A stretch of DNA of 64,000 nucleotides from the NCBI GenBank assembly GCA_024403615.1, contig JAKSRM010000008.1, positions 273-64,272 on the forward strand, in the 5' to 3' direction. The position numbers and the translations under genes were made by a program. This DNA is from Lachnospiraceae bacterium (lineage in GTDB: Bacteria > Bacillota > Clostridia > Lachnospirales > Lachnospiraceae). The stretch's first letter is position 1, and the number at the start of each line of letters is the position of its first letter. Below, piece after piece: positions 17,162-25,805 of this stretch. The notes beneath the pieces were generated by a model. It was not told where the DNA came from. It worked only from the letters and a program-made list of their open reading frames with translations, and searched no databases.

Positions 17162-18592
17162 TTATACTCCGTTTGGTATTTCTGGTGGAGTCTGACCATT
17201 TCCAAAACCTTCTGGCATGTTCTGTGGGTCAAAGCCTTCCGGCATCTGACCGCCATCTGGTGGCGTTTGTCCGCCGCCGAAACCATCTGGTGGAGTTTGA
17301 CCATTTCCAAAACCTTCTGGTGGCTGCATTCCTCCTGGTCCGCCCATTCCACCATTTTCTGACATACTACCACCATAGATGATTGTCGCCTTTTCGTCAA
17401 TATAGGTTCCATCTTCAGAATCCAGAAGTTCATCGCTCGGAGACTTGCTAGTTCCTGCAATCTGTCCGCCGTTGATACGAATGAATCCGTTGGAGTCAAT
17501 AACGTCTCCCTCGCTTCCCAGACTGGCGAAAATCGTCAGATGTCCACCGTTCATGGTAAAGACAGATACATTGTCTTCGTTAACGTTGATTCCATCGTCC
17601 TGGGAAAAGATATTGATATATCCGCTGTCAATGGTCATGTGCAATTCGCAGTCCAGTCCTTCAAAGGTGGTGCTGGTTATATTTAAGATTCCTGTTCCAG
17701 CTTCTTCGCCGGAAATCCGCATGGACTGGAAGCTATAGAAGGCGCCGTCCATTTTCCAAAGTTTCTTCTGAACAGTACTTCCTTCTTTTTTGTATTTGTT
17801 TTTCAATAGACGAAATACATTGGCACCAGAGAAATTATTCTCCGTTCCATCGGCAATAATTACCTGTACACCTGCGTTGCTCAAATCGGTTTCGTCAGTA
17901 TAGGTTTCCCGGTCTTCCCAGGTATTATCGCATTCATAAACATCATGGAACACGATAGCTGGAGCTACGGTGCAAGTAACATCTGCGCCCTTTAAAATTA
18001 CCGTAACCTTTGCTTCCTCGTTAGCGAAAGTGTCCTCTTCTTCGCCAAAGTCGAACCACAGCTGACCATTAAAAGAGCCTTCTACTATATAGGTTCCCGG
18101 CTCTGTAATATGGATGACCGGATTATTGTAGGCTTCTTCTGCGGAGTGCATCATTTCTGTCGGCAGGTCATTTCCTAAAACCGGCAAAGTGCTGAAAATA
18201 TAGTCTTCCAAACCTTCCGCGGTATATCTGGTTACCCATTCCTGTTCGCCGTCATAATTTTCTTTTGCGAAGTTTTCTGCCGGAATTTCCGGATAATATA
18301 CGATGTCATGGGCGATGTACGCCGCCAAGCCTTCTTCCGGTTCCGTTCCTTCAAACTGTTCCCCTTCAAAGGAAGGATCTACTTTCCAGGTGTAATCGAA
18401 TTCTTTTAATTCGGTTCCATCCAGGCTAGCGCTGGTTCCCTTTAATTGCAATAAATGGGCATCTTGGTAAAGCCCCGCGTCCGTTGCACCGCTTCCGCCC
18501 AACTCTTTCGTTTCATTGTGCAAAGAACCGCAGCCCGATAAAGCTAAGGCTGCGGTCAATCCTATAACAATAGCAGGAATTATTTTTTTCAT
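17162..18592 (-). CDS. Lipoprotein with carbohydrate-binding beta-helix domain (Cthe_2159/PF14262-like) and a Pro/Gly-rich C-terminal repeat tail
   Basis: Lipobox 'ALSGCG'. 'DDGINVN' and 'GDVIDSNG' repeats are typical of the family. The tail is PEGFGNGQTPP-type repeats. Confidence 0.6.
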   Translation of the reverse strand: MKKIIPAIVIGLTAALALSGCGSLHNETKELGGSGATDAGLYQDAHLLQLKGTSASLDGTELKEFDYTWKVDPSFEGEQFEGTEPEEGLAAYIAHDIVYYPEIPAENFAKENYDGEQEWVTRYTAEGLEDYIFSTLPVLGNDLPTEMMHSAEEAYNNPVIHITEPGTYIVEGSFNGQLWFDFGEEEDTFANEEAKVTVILKGADVTCTVAPAIVFHDVYECDNTWEDRETYTDETDLSNAGVQVIIADGTENNFSGANVFRLLKNKYKKEGSTVQKKLWKMDGAFYSFQSMRISGEEAGTGILNITSTTFEGLDCELHMTIDSGYINIFSQDDGINVNEDNVSVFTMNGGHLTIFASLGSEGDVIDSNGFIRINGGQIAGTSKSPSDELLDSEDGTYIDEKATIIYGGSMSENGGMGGPGGMQPPEGFGNGQTPPDGFGGGQTPPDGGQMPEGFDPQNMPEGFGNGQTPPEIPNGV

Positions 18593-18709
18593 GTCCGTCT
18601 CCTCTACAATTTTCTTCCTTGTTTTGAAAACTATAGCTTTGGTTTATGAATTCCTTGTGTGTTGTTTATGTCCTTTTGGTGAAGTTCTTTATAAAAAACT
18701 TCTTTATCC

Positions 18710-19732
18710 TTAAACAGTTACTTTTCCTGCAAGAATGTTGTTGTAATCTTCCAAATTTTTCTTCAAAAGATTTGGAATATCCAGTTCATATGGACATCTG
18801 GTCATGCATTCTCCACATTCCACGCAGTTCGCTGTTTTTTTCATTTCTTCCTGCCAGAACTCGGAAAGCCATCCCTGGCTAGGAGCTCTACGGATCATCT
18901 GGGACATTCTTGCGCAATCGCTGATTCGAATATCCACGGTACAAGGAGCGCAATATCCGCAGCCTCTGCAGAAATCGCCTAAAAGTTCTTTTCGGTCTGC
19001 TTCGATAAGCTGGCTCATTTCTTTGGTATATTCTGGCTCCTCTTTAAAGAAGGACAGCCACTCATCCAGTTCGCTTTCTCTTTGAATTCCCCAGATTGGA
19101 AGGACGTTATACTGGAGCATGAAGGCCATGCATGCTTTAGAATTGGTAAGGAGTCCTCCGGACAGTCCCTTCATTGCGATAAAGCCCATTCCCTTTTCTT
19201 CACATTTTTTTACAAGGGCAATATCTCGGTCCGATGCAAGATAGGAAAATGGGAACTGGAGAGTTTCATACAATCCGCTTTCCACAATTTCTTCTGCAAT
19301 GCCGATTTTATGGGCGGTAATTCCGATATGACGGATTTTTCCAGCTTCTTTTGCCTCCAGCATTGCCTCGTACATTCCCGTACCATCCCCTGGTTTGTAG
19401 CAACGCTCTACACAATGGAACTGATAGAGATCCAAATAATCCGTTTTGAGAAGTTCCAAGGAAGTTGCCAAATCTTTTTTGAATTCTTCCGGAGTGGTTG
19501 CATGAGTTTTTGATGCAATGTACACCTTTTCTCTCATTCCCTCAAAAGCTGCGCCTACCTTTTCTTCGCTGTCGGTATAAGCTCTTGCTGTATCAAAAAA
19601 GGTCATGCCATTTTCATATGCTTTTCTTAACAACATTACCGCATAGTCTTTTGAAACTCTTTGAATCGGCAGTGCACCGAAGGCATTCTGCGGCGTAACG
19701 ATTCCTGTATTTCCCAATGTAAGATTTTTCAT
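18710..19732 (-). CDS. Aldo/keto reductase with a C-terminal 4Fe-4S ferredoxin-type domain
   Basis: I chose the start at 'MKNLTLGNTG' (ATG 19732, SD GGAGGAAAA). The longer ORF to 19918 runs through the tRNA gene. The C-terminus has 'CRGCGYCAPC' and 'CVECGECMTRCP'. Confidence 0.8.
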   Translation of the reverse strand: MKNLTLGNTGIVTPQNAFGALPIQRVSKDYAVMLLRKAYENGMTFFDTARAYTDSEEKVGAAFEGMREKVYIASKTHATTPEEFKKDLATSLELLKTDYLDLYQFHCVERCYKPGDGTGMYEAMLEAKEAGKIRHIGITAHKIGIAEEIVESGLYETLQFPFSYLASDRDIALVKKCEEKGMGFIAMKGLSGGLLTNSKACMAFMLQYNVLPIWGIQRESELDEWLSFFKEEPEYTKEMSQLIEADRKELLGDFCRGCGYCAPCTVDIRISDCARMSQMIRRAPSQGWLSEFWQEEMKKTANCVECGECMTRCPYELDIPNLLKKNLEDYNNILAGKVTV

Positions 19733-19868
19733 TGTTTTCCTCCAAACTTTTTTATCATTATAGAAATTCGCAAAGGGTTTGTCATTATAAATTTGCTTTG
19801 TTCGAATCCCACCTTTGAACTTAAGCAAAACAAAAAACAAGGTCCACCAGACCTTGCTTTTGTTTTGA

Positions 19869-19956
19869 GCGGAGACGGTGGGATTCGAACCCACGTGCCG
19901 GGAACCCGGCAAACGCATTTCGAGTGCGCCCCGTTATGACCACTTCGATACGTCTC
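19869..19956 (-). tRNA. tRNA-Ser (anticodon CGA)
   Basis: 88 nt. Acceptor GGAGACG/CGTCTCC, anticodon stem GCGCA/TGCGT with loop CTCGAAA, long variable arm GCCGGG/CCCGGC, T-arm GTGGG-TTCGAAT-CCCAC and discriminator G. CCA is not encoded. Confidence 0.9.
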
Positions 19957-19966
19957 CATTGGTGCA

Positions 19967-19995
19967 TATTATAGTTGACGGTCTCTTGTTATGCA
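19967..19995 (-). promoter_or_regulatory. Sigma-70-type promoter for tRNA-Ser
   Basis: Minus strand reads TTGCAT, 17 nt, TATAAT. The -10 element ends about 10 nt upstream of the mature tRNA 5' end. Confidence 0.55.
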
Positions 19996-20040
19996 AGCGA
20001 GCTTTTGGTTTTTTCCTTTTATTTATAGTGTCAGTCTCTG

Positions 20041-20340
20041 CTTTCTGCAAAATCATTGAGATATGTACAGTTCCATTTCCGTCTCTTTGCAAGATAGTTG
20101 AGATATGTACGGCTCCATTTTCGTTTCTCTGCGAAATCATTGAGATATGTACGGCTTGATTGCTATTTTTACCAAAAAAATAGAGATATGTACTTGTAAA
20201 CAGACCCATATTTTTAAATATAGTCTGATTTCTTGTACATATCTCAACTATTTCGCTAAATCGTTTCCTATAGGTTGTACATATCTCGATTATTTCGCAA
20301 AATTACTCCCTATAGTCCGTACATATCTCAACTATTTTGT
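20041..20340. repeat. Phased array of seven ~24-bp repeats (core TTGAGATATGTAC): four direct, then three inverted, all at 42-bp spacing
   Basis: Plus-orientation cores are at 20056-68, 20098-110, 20140-52 and 20181-93 (the last reads tAgag). Inverted cores GTACATATCTCAA are at 20235-47, 20277-89 (reads ..tcGa) and 20319-31. The conserved 5' flank is GCRAAATNN. The centre of symmetry is at about 20214 (atattt-tt-aaatat). Confidence 0.9.
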
Positions 20341-20341
20341 T

Positions 20342-21283
20342 TTATTTTCCTGGCGCGGGTGTTGGTGGGAACATGTCGGCATATTTCTTCTTCAGCGCAA
20401 TGAAGTCTGGGTTGGTCCTTAAGTCTGCCAGTTCGCCTTCATTCTGCTGAATGTCGTCAACATGCAGGAATTTTCCGGATACCGTGTCATGAGCTTTGTG
20501 CTCATCTGCTGGATCAAATACAAATTTGAATGCGCCGTTTTCTTCTACTAAAGTTCCATGGAGTCCGCAAAGGTCGCATACAACATCCTTTGTTCCTGGG
20601 TAAATGTAGAATTCGTTGCCCTGGCAATGAGGACATACGCCTGGCTTGCCAGCCCATTTTGCATTTTCAACATCCTTTGCTGCCTCTACCAGATTCCGTG
20701 CGATTTCACGGGTACGCTCTAATTTGTCTTCCTGCATCAGAACGCCTTTGCACCACTGGAATCTTTCGTTATCAATAACTTTCCAAGCTGGGCTCATAGA
20801 AACCATGGCATGGTCTGCTTCTGCTCTCTCGCCCCAATCGGAACCGCCGATTGCGATATAAGAAGTTACCTTAGGGATAAGGAATCTTGGGTCAACTCCA
20901 GGTCCACCAGCTTCTTTGCTAATGTTATCGCCAACGATATTCATAGCCAGGTCATGTCCTGGTCCAACACGGTCCATGATGGTTTTGAATAATCCAGAGC
21001 ATCCAGATTCAAAAATCGGATCTACGAAAAGGATACCGTCTGCTGCCAGAACGTGGTTGTTCCAGAATTCTGCAAAGTCATCTTTTCTTGTGCAGATGTT
21101 TCCTTTACCTGTTACCAATCCTACGGAACATGCGCAGCAACCGGAGCAATGTTCGATGTTCCAATCCAGTAGATGAATGAACTCAACTTCTGCTCCCTGA
21201 TTCTTTGCTTCTTCTAATGCGATACGGCAAATCGTGTCATTGTTTCCGTTTTTGGTTCCTAAAGATACACCTAAAATTTTCAT
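20342..21283 (-). CDS. Flavodoxin-like/NADPH-dependent FMN reductase family protein with a Cys cluster and a C-terminal zinc-ribbon
   Basis: 'MKILGVSLGTKNGNND' is a flavodoxin-like start. 'HCSGCCAC' is a CxxCxxC motif as in iron-sulfur flavoproteins. The C-terminus has 'CPHCQG...CDLCG'. Confidence 0.65.
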   Translation of the reverse strand: MKILGVSLGTKNGNNDTICRIALEEAKNQGAEVEFIHLLDWNIEHCSGCCACSVGLVTGKGNICTRKDDFAEFWNNHVLAADGILFVDPIFESGCSGLFKTIMDRVGPGHDLAMNIVGDNISKEAGGPGVDPRFLIPKVTSYIAIGGSDWGERAEADHAMVSMSPAWKVIDNERFQWCKGVLMQEDKLERTREIARNLVEAAKDVENAKWAGKPGVCPHCQGNEFYIYPGTKDVVCDLCGLHGTLVEENGAFKFVFDPADEHKAHDTVSGKFLHVDDIQQNEGELADLRTNPDFIALKKKYADMFPPTPAPGK

Positions 21284-21401
21284 GAAATACCTCCATTATT
21301 AGCGCAACCAGCTTTCGCTCCGCTGCCACTATGGTTAAAATTAGCTTTTTCAATTCATTTCAATTATATATTGAAACTCGCTTTCGATTCAAACCACAAT
21401 T

Positions 21402-22058
21402 TTACTCAAACTGTTTAATAACTTCCGGTAATTCTTTAAATTCCTTCAGGATGGCATCCGGAGCCTGAGCCTTGCCAAATCCATAGGAAGCATGGATGAA
21501 CGGAATGCCGGCGCCATTAGCAGCTGCCTCGTCCTTTTCGGTATCTCCAATATATACTGCTTTTTTATAGCCGTTTCTTTCCATAACCAGCTGAATGTTT
21601 TTATCCTTTGTCAGTCCGGTGTTGCCCCATTCTTCTAAATCACAGAAGAAATCACCCGTTTTCATAGATACATAGAATGCATTAATGTAACCCGTCTGGC
21701 AATTGCTGACAACGGCCATATCGTAGCCTGCCTCGTGAAGTTTCCGGAAAGTTTCGATGACTTCCGGGAACAGCTTTCCACCATGCTCTGCAATATATTC
21801 TACTTCGAACTCTTCACATTTTTTGAAGACCATTTTTCCAAATTCTTCTTCCACATCTGGGATTACGGCCAGACGAATTTCCTCCATGGTTTTTCCCATA
21901 ACTGCAGTAATATCGGCTGCAGTCAACTTCGGATATTCTGGATAAACTTCTGCCAAAACGATATTCCAGGAGTCTGCAACTTCCTGTCCGGAATTCCAAA
22001 GAGTTCCATCCAAATCAAAAAGTAACATTAAATCTTTTTTATGTTCTGCTTTAATCAT
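21402..22058 (-). CDS. HAD-superfamily hydrolase (phosphoglycolate phosphatase-like)
   Basis: HAD motif I 'LFDLDGTLW' and motif IV 'YIGDTEKDEAAA'. I chose the start at MIKAEHK (ATG 22058) rather than the 31-codon extension. Confidence 0.8.
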   Translation of the reverse strand: MIKAEHKKDLMLLFDLDGTLWNSGQEVADSWNIVLAEVYPEYPKLTAADITAVMGKTMEEIRLAVIPDVEEEFGKMVFKKCEEFEVEYIAEHGGKLFPEVIETFRKLHEAGYDMAVVSNCQTGYINAFYVSMKTGDFFCDLEEWGNTGLTKDKNIQLVMERNGYKKAVYIGDTEKDEAAANGAGIPFIHASYGFGKAQAPDAILKEFKELPEVIKQFE

Positions 22059-22162
22059 AATTTTGTCCTTACGTATTATTTTTTGTTTCCTAAGGAAACA
22101 CTGGTTTGATTTTAATGACATAGAAATAAAAAAACAAGCATTTCTCACGGACTTATAATATA

Positions 22163-22648
22163 ATGATGGTCATGAAAAAAACTACCGTCGTTTTATCTTT
22201 AATATTTGTGGCTTTGCTATGCACCTGCATAGTTCTGTTTCCCTATCGTGACTCCCGCAAATTCATTACTTGTGGCATCGCTCCGTACGAGAAACAGGTC
22301 ATTGAATATGTCCCCCATATTGAGCCTCCACCAACTCAGGACGAAATCGATCATTCCATGAGCGACTATGTGGAAGACCCTCTGACCGTGGAACGGGGTG
22401 CGATTTACTATAACGACCACAAGGAAACTTACTACAGCCAAAATGTTCTGCCGGGAGAGTCCTTGGATATTCCGGGGCGGCATGTGGCCTTCGACGGAAC
22501 CATTCGGGACAAGGACGGTTACATTTGTGTTGCCTGTGATTATGAATTTCTAGGCTATGGGGAAGTGATTGAAACCTCTGCTGGCTGGGGAAAAGTCTAT
22601 GACACGGGCTGTGCCTACGGAACTGTAGATTTATACGTAGATTGGTGA
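22163..22648 (+). CDS. Membrane-anchored 3D-domain (MltA/RlpA-like barrel) protein
   Basis: N-terminal TM anchor. The C-terminus 'GKVYDTGCAYGTVDLYVDW' resembles the 3D domain signature. Confidence 0.5.
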   Translation: MMVMKKTTVVLSLIFVALLCTCIVLFPYRDSRKFITCGIAPYEKQVIEYVPHIEPPPTQDEIDHSMSDYVEDPLTVERGAIYYNDHKETYYSQNVLPGESLDIPGRHVAFDGTIRDKDGYICVACDYEFLGYGEVIETSAGWGKVYDTGCAYGTVDLYVDW

Positions 22649-22696
22649 TTCAACAGAAACTCGTCGATACAAAAATTCAGCATTATTTGGAGATTT

Positions 22697-23632
22697 ATGA
22701 AAATATATATGGCGCCTATGGAAGGCGTAACTGGCTTTATCTTTCGAAATGCATATAACCGCAACTTTCGCGGAATTGATACCTACTACACTCCTTTTGT
22801 TACCGGTATGAAACTTGGGAAAAAGGAGAAAAATGATGTGTGCCCGGAAAACAATCAAGGCATGGACACGGTAGTTCAGATACTTTCCAACCATACGGAT
22901 GATTTTCTTTCTGTAGCGAATATTATCCATGAAGAATATGGCTATGATAAAATCAATCTGAATTTAGGCTGTCCTTCTGCTACGGTTTCCTCCCGCAAGC
23001 GAGGCTCCGGTTTTCTTTCGGTGCCGGATGAGCTAGACCGTTTTTTAGGAGAAATCTACGAGCAGTCTCCGATTCCAATTTCCTTAAAAACCAGAATCGG
23101 TATGCATGATGCCTCTGAATGGGAGCATATTCTTTCCATCTATGAAAAATATCCCGTGGACGAGCTGATTATCCATCCACGGATAAGAGATGCCTTCTAC
23201 GGCGGTCTTCCAAATATGGAAGCCTTCCGTTATGCGTATGAAAACAGCCGCCATACTTTATGCTACAACGGCAACATTCAGACCTTAGCAGACTATGAGC
23301 GAATTGAAAAAGATTTTCCAAAGGTGCCTGCGGTCATGATCGGCCGTGGACTGATTATGAATCCGTTTCTTCCAGAAGAAATTAAAGGAATCTCTTCCGA
23401 TGTTCCAAAACGAACTCGCCTTATGAACTTTGAAAAAGATTTGCAGAATACTTATCTAATGTATAACAAATCCGGTGCCCATCATGTACTGATGAAATTA
23501 AAGGAAGTCTGGAGCTTTTACAGTTACAACTTCGCTGATCCGGATAAAGTCTTTAAGAAAATTAAAAAGACTGGAACCATGGACGACTACCGTTCTGTGC
23601 TCCACGAAGTCTTCCAGATGGAATTGAAATAA
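22697..23632 (+). CDS. tRNA-dihydrouridine synthase family protein
   Basis: The 'MAPMEGVTGFIFRN' N-terminus and 'NLNLGCP' motif are typical of Dus enzymes. Confidence 0.8.
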   Translation: MKIYMAPMEGVTGFIFRNAYNRNFRGIDTYYTPFVTGMKLGKKEKNDVCPENNQGMDTVVQILSNHTDDFLSVANIIHEEYGYDKINLNLGCPSATVSSRKRGSGFLSVPDELDRFLGEIYEQSPIPISLKTRIGMHDASEWEHILSIYEKYPVDELIIHPRIRDAFYGGLPNMEAFRYAYENSRHTLCYNGNIQTLADYERIEKDFPKVPAVMIGRGLIMNPFLPEEIKGISSDVPKRTRLMNFEKDLQNTYLMYNKSGAHHVLMKLKEVWSFYSYNFADPDKVFKKIKKTGTMDDYRSVLHEVFQMELK

Positions 23633-23634
23633 GA

Positions 23635-23664
23635 AAGCGCCCGCAATTTACGGGCGCTTTTTGA
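23635..23664 (+). terminator. Rho-independent terminator after the dus-like gene
   Basis: aagcgcccg-caattta-cgggcgctt followed by a T-run. Confidence 0.75.
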
Positions 23665-23681
23665 TTCTTCAATTTTTCTAC

Positions 23682-24569
23682 TTACAGTCTTGTGAATTTA
23701 TAGCTTGTCTTATACTCGTATTTCTCACCAGCTTTTACAACTGTAGATGGGAACTGTGGGAAGTTTGGAGCGCATGGATAAGCTTCTGGTTCTAATGCTA
23801 AGCCGTTTGGATTTCCGGAGAATACCTGGATAGAAACCTGGTTTGTAGTCAATTCCATCTTCAGTTTATTTTCTTCCGAAACAACAGTAGCCTGTGGAGC
23901 AGCTGCATTGTCTTCGAATACGATGCAGTTATCGAAGCAATGATACATAGACAGTTCAGGATCTTTGTTATCAATCTTCTTTGCCTGACGGAAATCATAA
24001 ACAGTTCCATCTACGCTTAATACGTTACCTGTAGGACAAGTCTTCTCGTCGCCCTCTAAGTATCTGTCTGCGTTCAGCTGAAGAGTCTGGTCTTCGCCCA
24101 ATTTCCAATAAGTATGGTTGGTCAGGTTCAGGATGGTGTCCTGATCGGAAACTGCTTCGTAAAGAGTGGTCAGAGTGTCACCTTCTAAAAGATAGGTAGC
24201 TGTGAAATCTACGTTTCCAGGATAGCCTTCTTCTCCGTCTGGGCTGTGGTAGGTAAATACCAGCTTGTTGTCGGTCTGCTCTTTTAATTCAAACTCTGTT
24301 TTGCAAAGAACGCCATGAAGGTGATTGCCATGATCATTTTCCGGAAGTTTATATTTCTTTCCATTTAATTCAAATTCTGCGTTAAGAATTCTGTTCCCGA
24401 AACGGCCTACGAATGCGCCGTAGAATCCAAAGTTTTTCTCATATTCTTCTAATGTTTCGTGAGTTGCAACGATACTTCTACCGTCAATGGTAATGTCGCG
24501 GATGATGCAGCCTCTGTCCAGAACCTTTACTTCCAGTCCTGCTCCGTTTGAAATTGTATAACAGTTCAT
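23682..24569 (-). CDS. Aldose 1-epimerase family protein
   Basis: 295 aa. The 'GFYGAFVGRFGNRI' and 'NHLHGV' segments are typical of galactose-mutarotase-like proteins. Confidence 0.75.
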   Translation of the reverse strand: MNCYTISNGAGLEVKVLDRGCIIRDITIDGRSIVATHETLEEYEKNFGFYGAFVGRFGNRILNAEFELNGKKYKLPENDHGNHLHGVLCKTEFELKEQTDNKLVFTYHSPDGEEGYPGNVDFTATYLLEGDTLTTLYEAVSDQDTILNLTNHTYWKLGEDQTLQLNADRYLEGDEKTCPTGNVLSVDGTVYDFRQAKKIDNKDPELSMYHCFDNCIVFEDNAAAPQATVVSEENKLKMELTTNQVSIQVFSGNPNGLALEPEAYPCAPNFPQFPSTVVKAGEKYEYKTSYKFTRL

Positions 24570-24644
24570 GATAACCTCCTCTAATTTATGTCCAATAAAA
24601 TTTTAAACAATGATTCGTTGCCGCGCGTATGCTCGCGCATCCTA

Positions 24645-25805
24645 TTACAGATTATTAATGAAGTTCGCTAATCTGCTTAAAGCTTCTTTTAATTCGTTCA
24701 TAGAATATGCGTAGCTGATTCGTAAGAATCCTTCGCCACAGTCGCCGAAAGCGGTTCCCGGAACAACAGCTAATTTTTCCTGCTCCAGCAGCTTCGTTGC
24801 GAACTCGTCGCTGGTCATGCCCAGATGTTTAATGCTTGGGAACACATAGAAAGCGCCGTATGGTTCAAAGCATGGAAGGCCCATGTCTCGTAACGTCTTT
24901 ACCAGGAAACGTCTTCTTTGGTTATAGCTTTCTCGCATCTTTGCAATGTCATCATCGCCATTACGTAAGGCTTCAATGCCTGCGTACTGAGATGTGGTCG
25001 GAGCGCACATAATAGCGAACTGATGCAGCTTCGTAATCTGACCAATGATTTCTGCCGGTCCAGTTACGAAACCCAAACGCCAGCCAGTCATGGCATAGGC
25101 TTTGGAAAAACCATTAATAACCACGGTCCGCTCTCGCATGCCTTCCAGGGATGCAATGGTTACGTGAGGCTTTCCGGTATAGGTAAGCTCGCCATAGATT
25201 TCATCGCTGACAACAAAAATGTCCTTCTCCACGCAGATCTTTGCAATCTTTTCCAGGTCTTCTCTTTCCATAACAGCACCTGTCGGGTTGTTTGGGAAAG
25301 CTAAAATCAGGACTTTCGTCTTGTCGGTAATGGCATCTAACAGTTCTTCCGGAGTCAGACGGAATTCATTTTTCTCCTGCAGAGGAATGGTTACCGGAAC
25401 TGCTCCTGCCAGTCTTGCACAAGGCACATAGCTTACGTAGCAAGGCTCTGGAATAATGACTTCATCCCCTGGGTCACACATAGCTCGTAACGCCATATCG
25501 ATGGCTTCGCTACCACCAACGGTGATCAGAACTTCGCTTTTTGCATCATATGTTAAATTGTGTTTTCGAACGTAATAGTTGGAAACCTCCTGTCGTAATT
25601 CCATAAGGCCCGCATTGGAGGTATAAAAGGTGCGGCCTTTTTCCAGAGAATAAATACCAGCTTCTCTTACATGCCAAGGCGTATCAAAATCTGGTTCGCC
25701 AACGCCAAGGGAGATTGCATCGGGCATTTCTGCAACGACATCAAAGAATTTTCGAATTCCAGATGGCTGCATAGCTCTGGCTGTTTTGGATATAGGATCT
25801 CTCAA
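24645..25805 (-). CDS. Class I/II PLP-dependent aminotransferase (AlaT/AspC-like)
   Basis: 386 aa. The 'NPTGAV' and 'SKAYAMTGWRLG' (PLP lysine) motifs are present. It overlaps the upstream Lrp-type regulator by 4 nt, as in Bacillus alaR-alaT. Confidence 0.85.
   Translation of the reverse strand: MRDPISKTARAMQPSGIRKFFDVVAEMPDAISLGVGEPDFDTPWHVREAGIYSLEKGRTFYTSNAGLMELRQEVSNYYVRKHNLTYDAKSEVLITVGGSEAIDMALRAMCDPGDEVIIPEPCYVSYVPCARLAGAVPVTIPLQEKNEFRLTPEELLDAITDKTKVLILAFPNNPTGAVMEREDLEKIAKICVEKDIFVVSDEIYGELTYTGKPHVTIASLEGMRERTVVINGFSKAYAMTGWRLGFVTGPAEIIGQITKLHQFAIMCAPTTSQYAGIEALRNGDDDIAKMRESYNQRRRFLVKTLRDMGLPCFEPYGAFYVFPSIKHLGMTSDEFATKLLEQEKLAVVPGTAFGDCGEGFLRISYAYSMNELKEALSRLANFINNL

Noticed and set aside
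19733-19918. N-terminal 62-codon extension of the aldo/keto reductase ORF (ORF-track start 19918).
   Set aside because: The extension runs through the tRNA-Ser gene (19869-19956). A good SD (GGAGGAAAA) precedes the internal ATG at 19732, which begins the typical AKR N-terminus.
20041-20340. CRISPR array interpretation of the phased repeats.
   Set aside because: The repeat unit (about 24 bp) and spacers (about 18-20 bp) are too short. The spacers within each arm are similar to each other rather than unique. The array switches orientation midway. No cas genes or leader are present.
19878-20422. ORFs 19878-20159 (+), 19934-20209 (-) and 20147-20422 (+), which have internally repeated peptides (CKIIEICT / CKIVEICT / CEIIEICT).
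   Set aside because: The peptide repeats are just translations of the 42-bp DNA repeat array. The ORFs overlap the tRNA gene or the flavoprotein gene end and lack ribosome-binding sites. I treat the region as non-coding.
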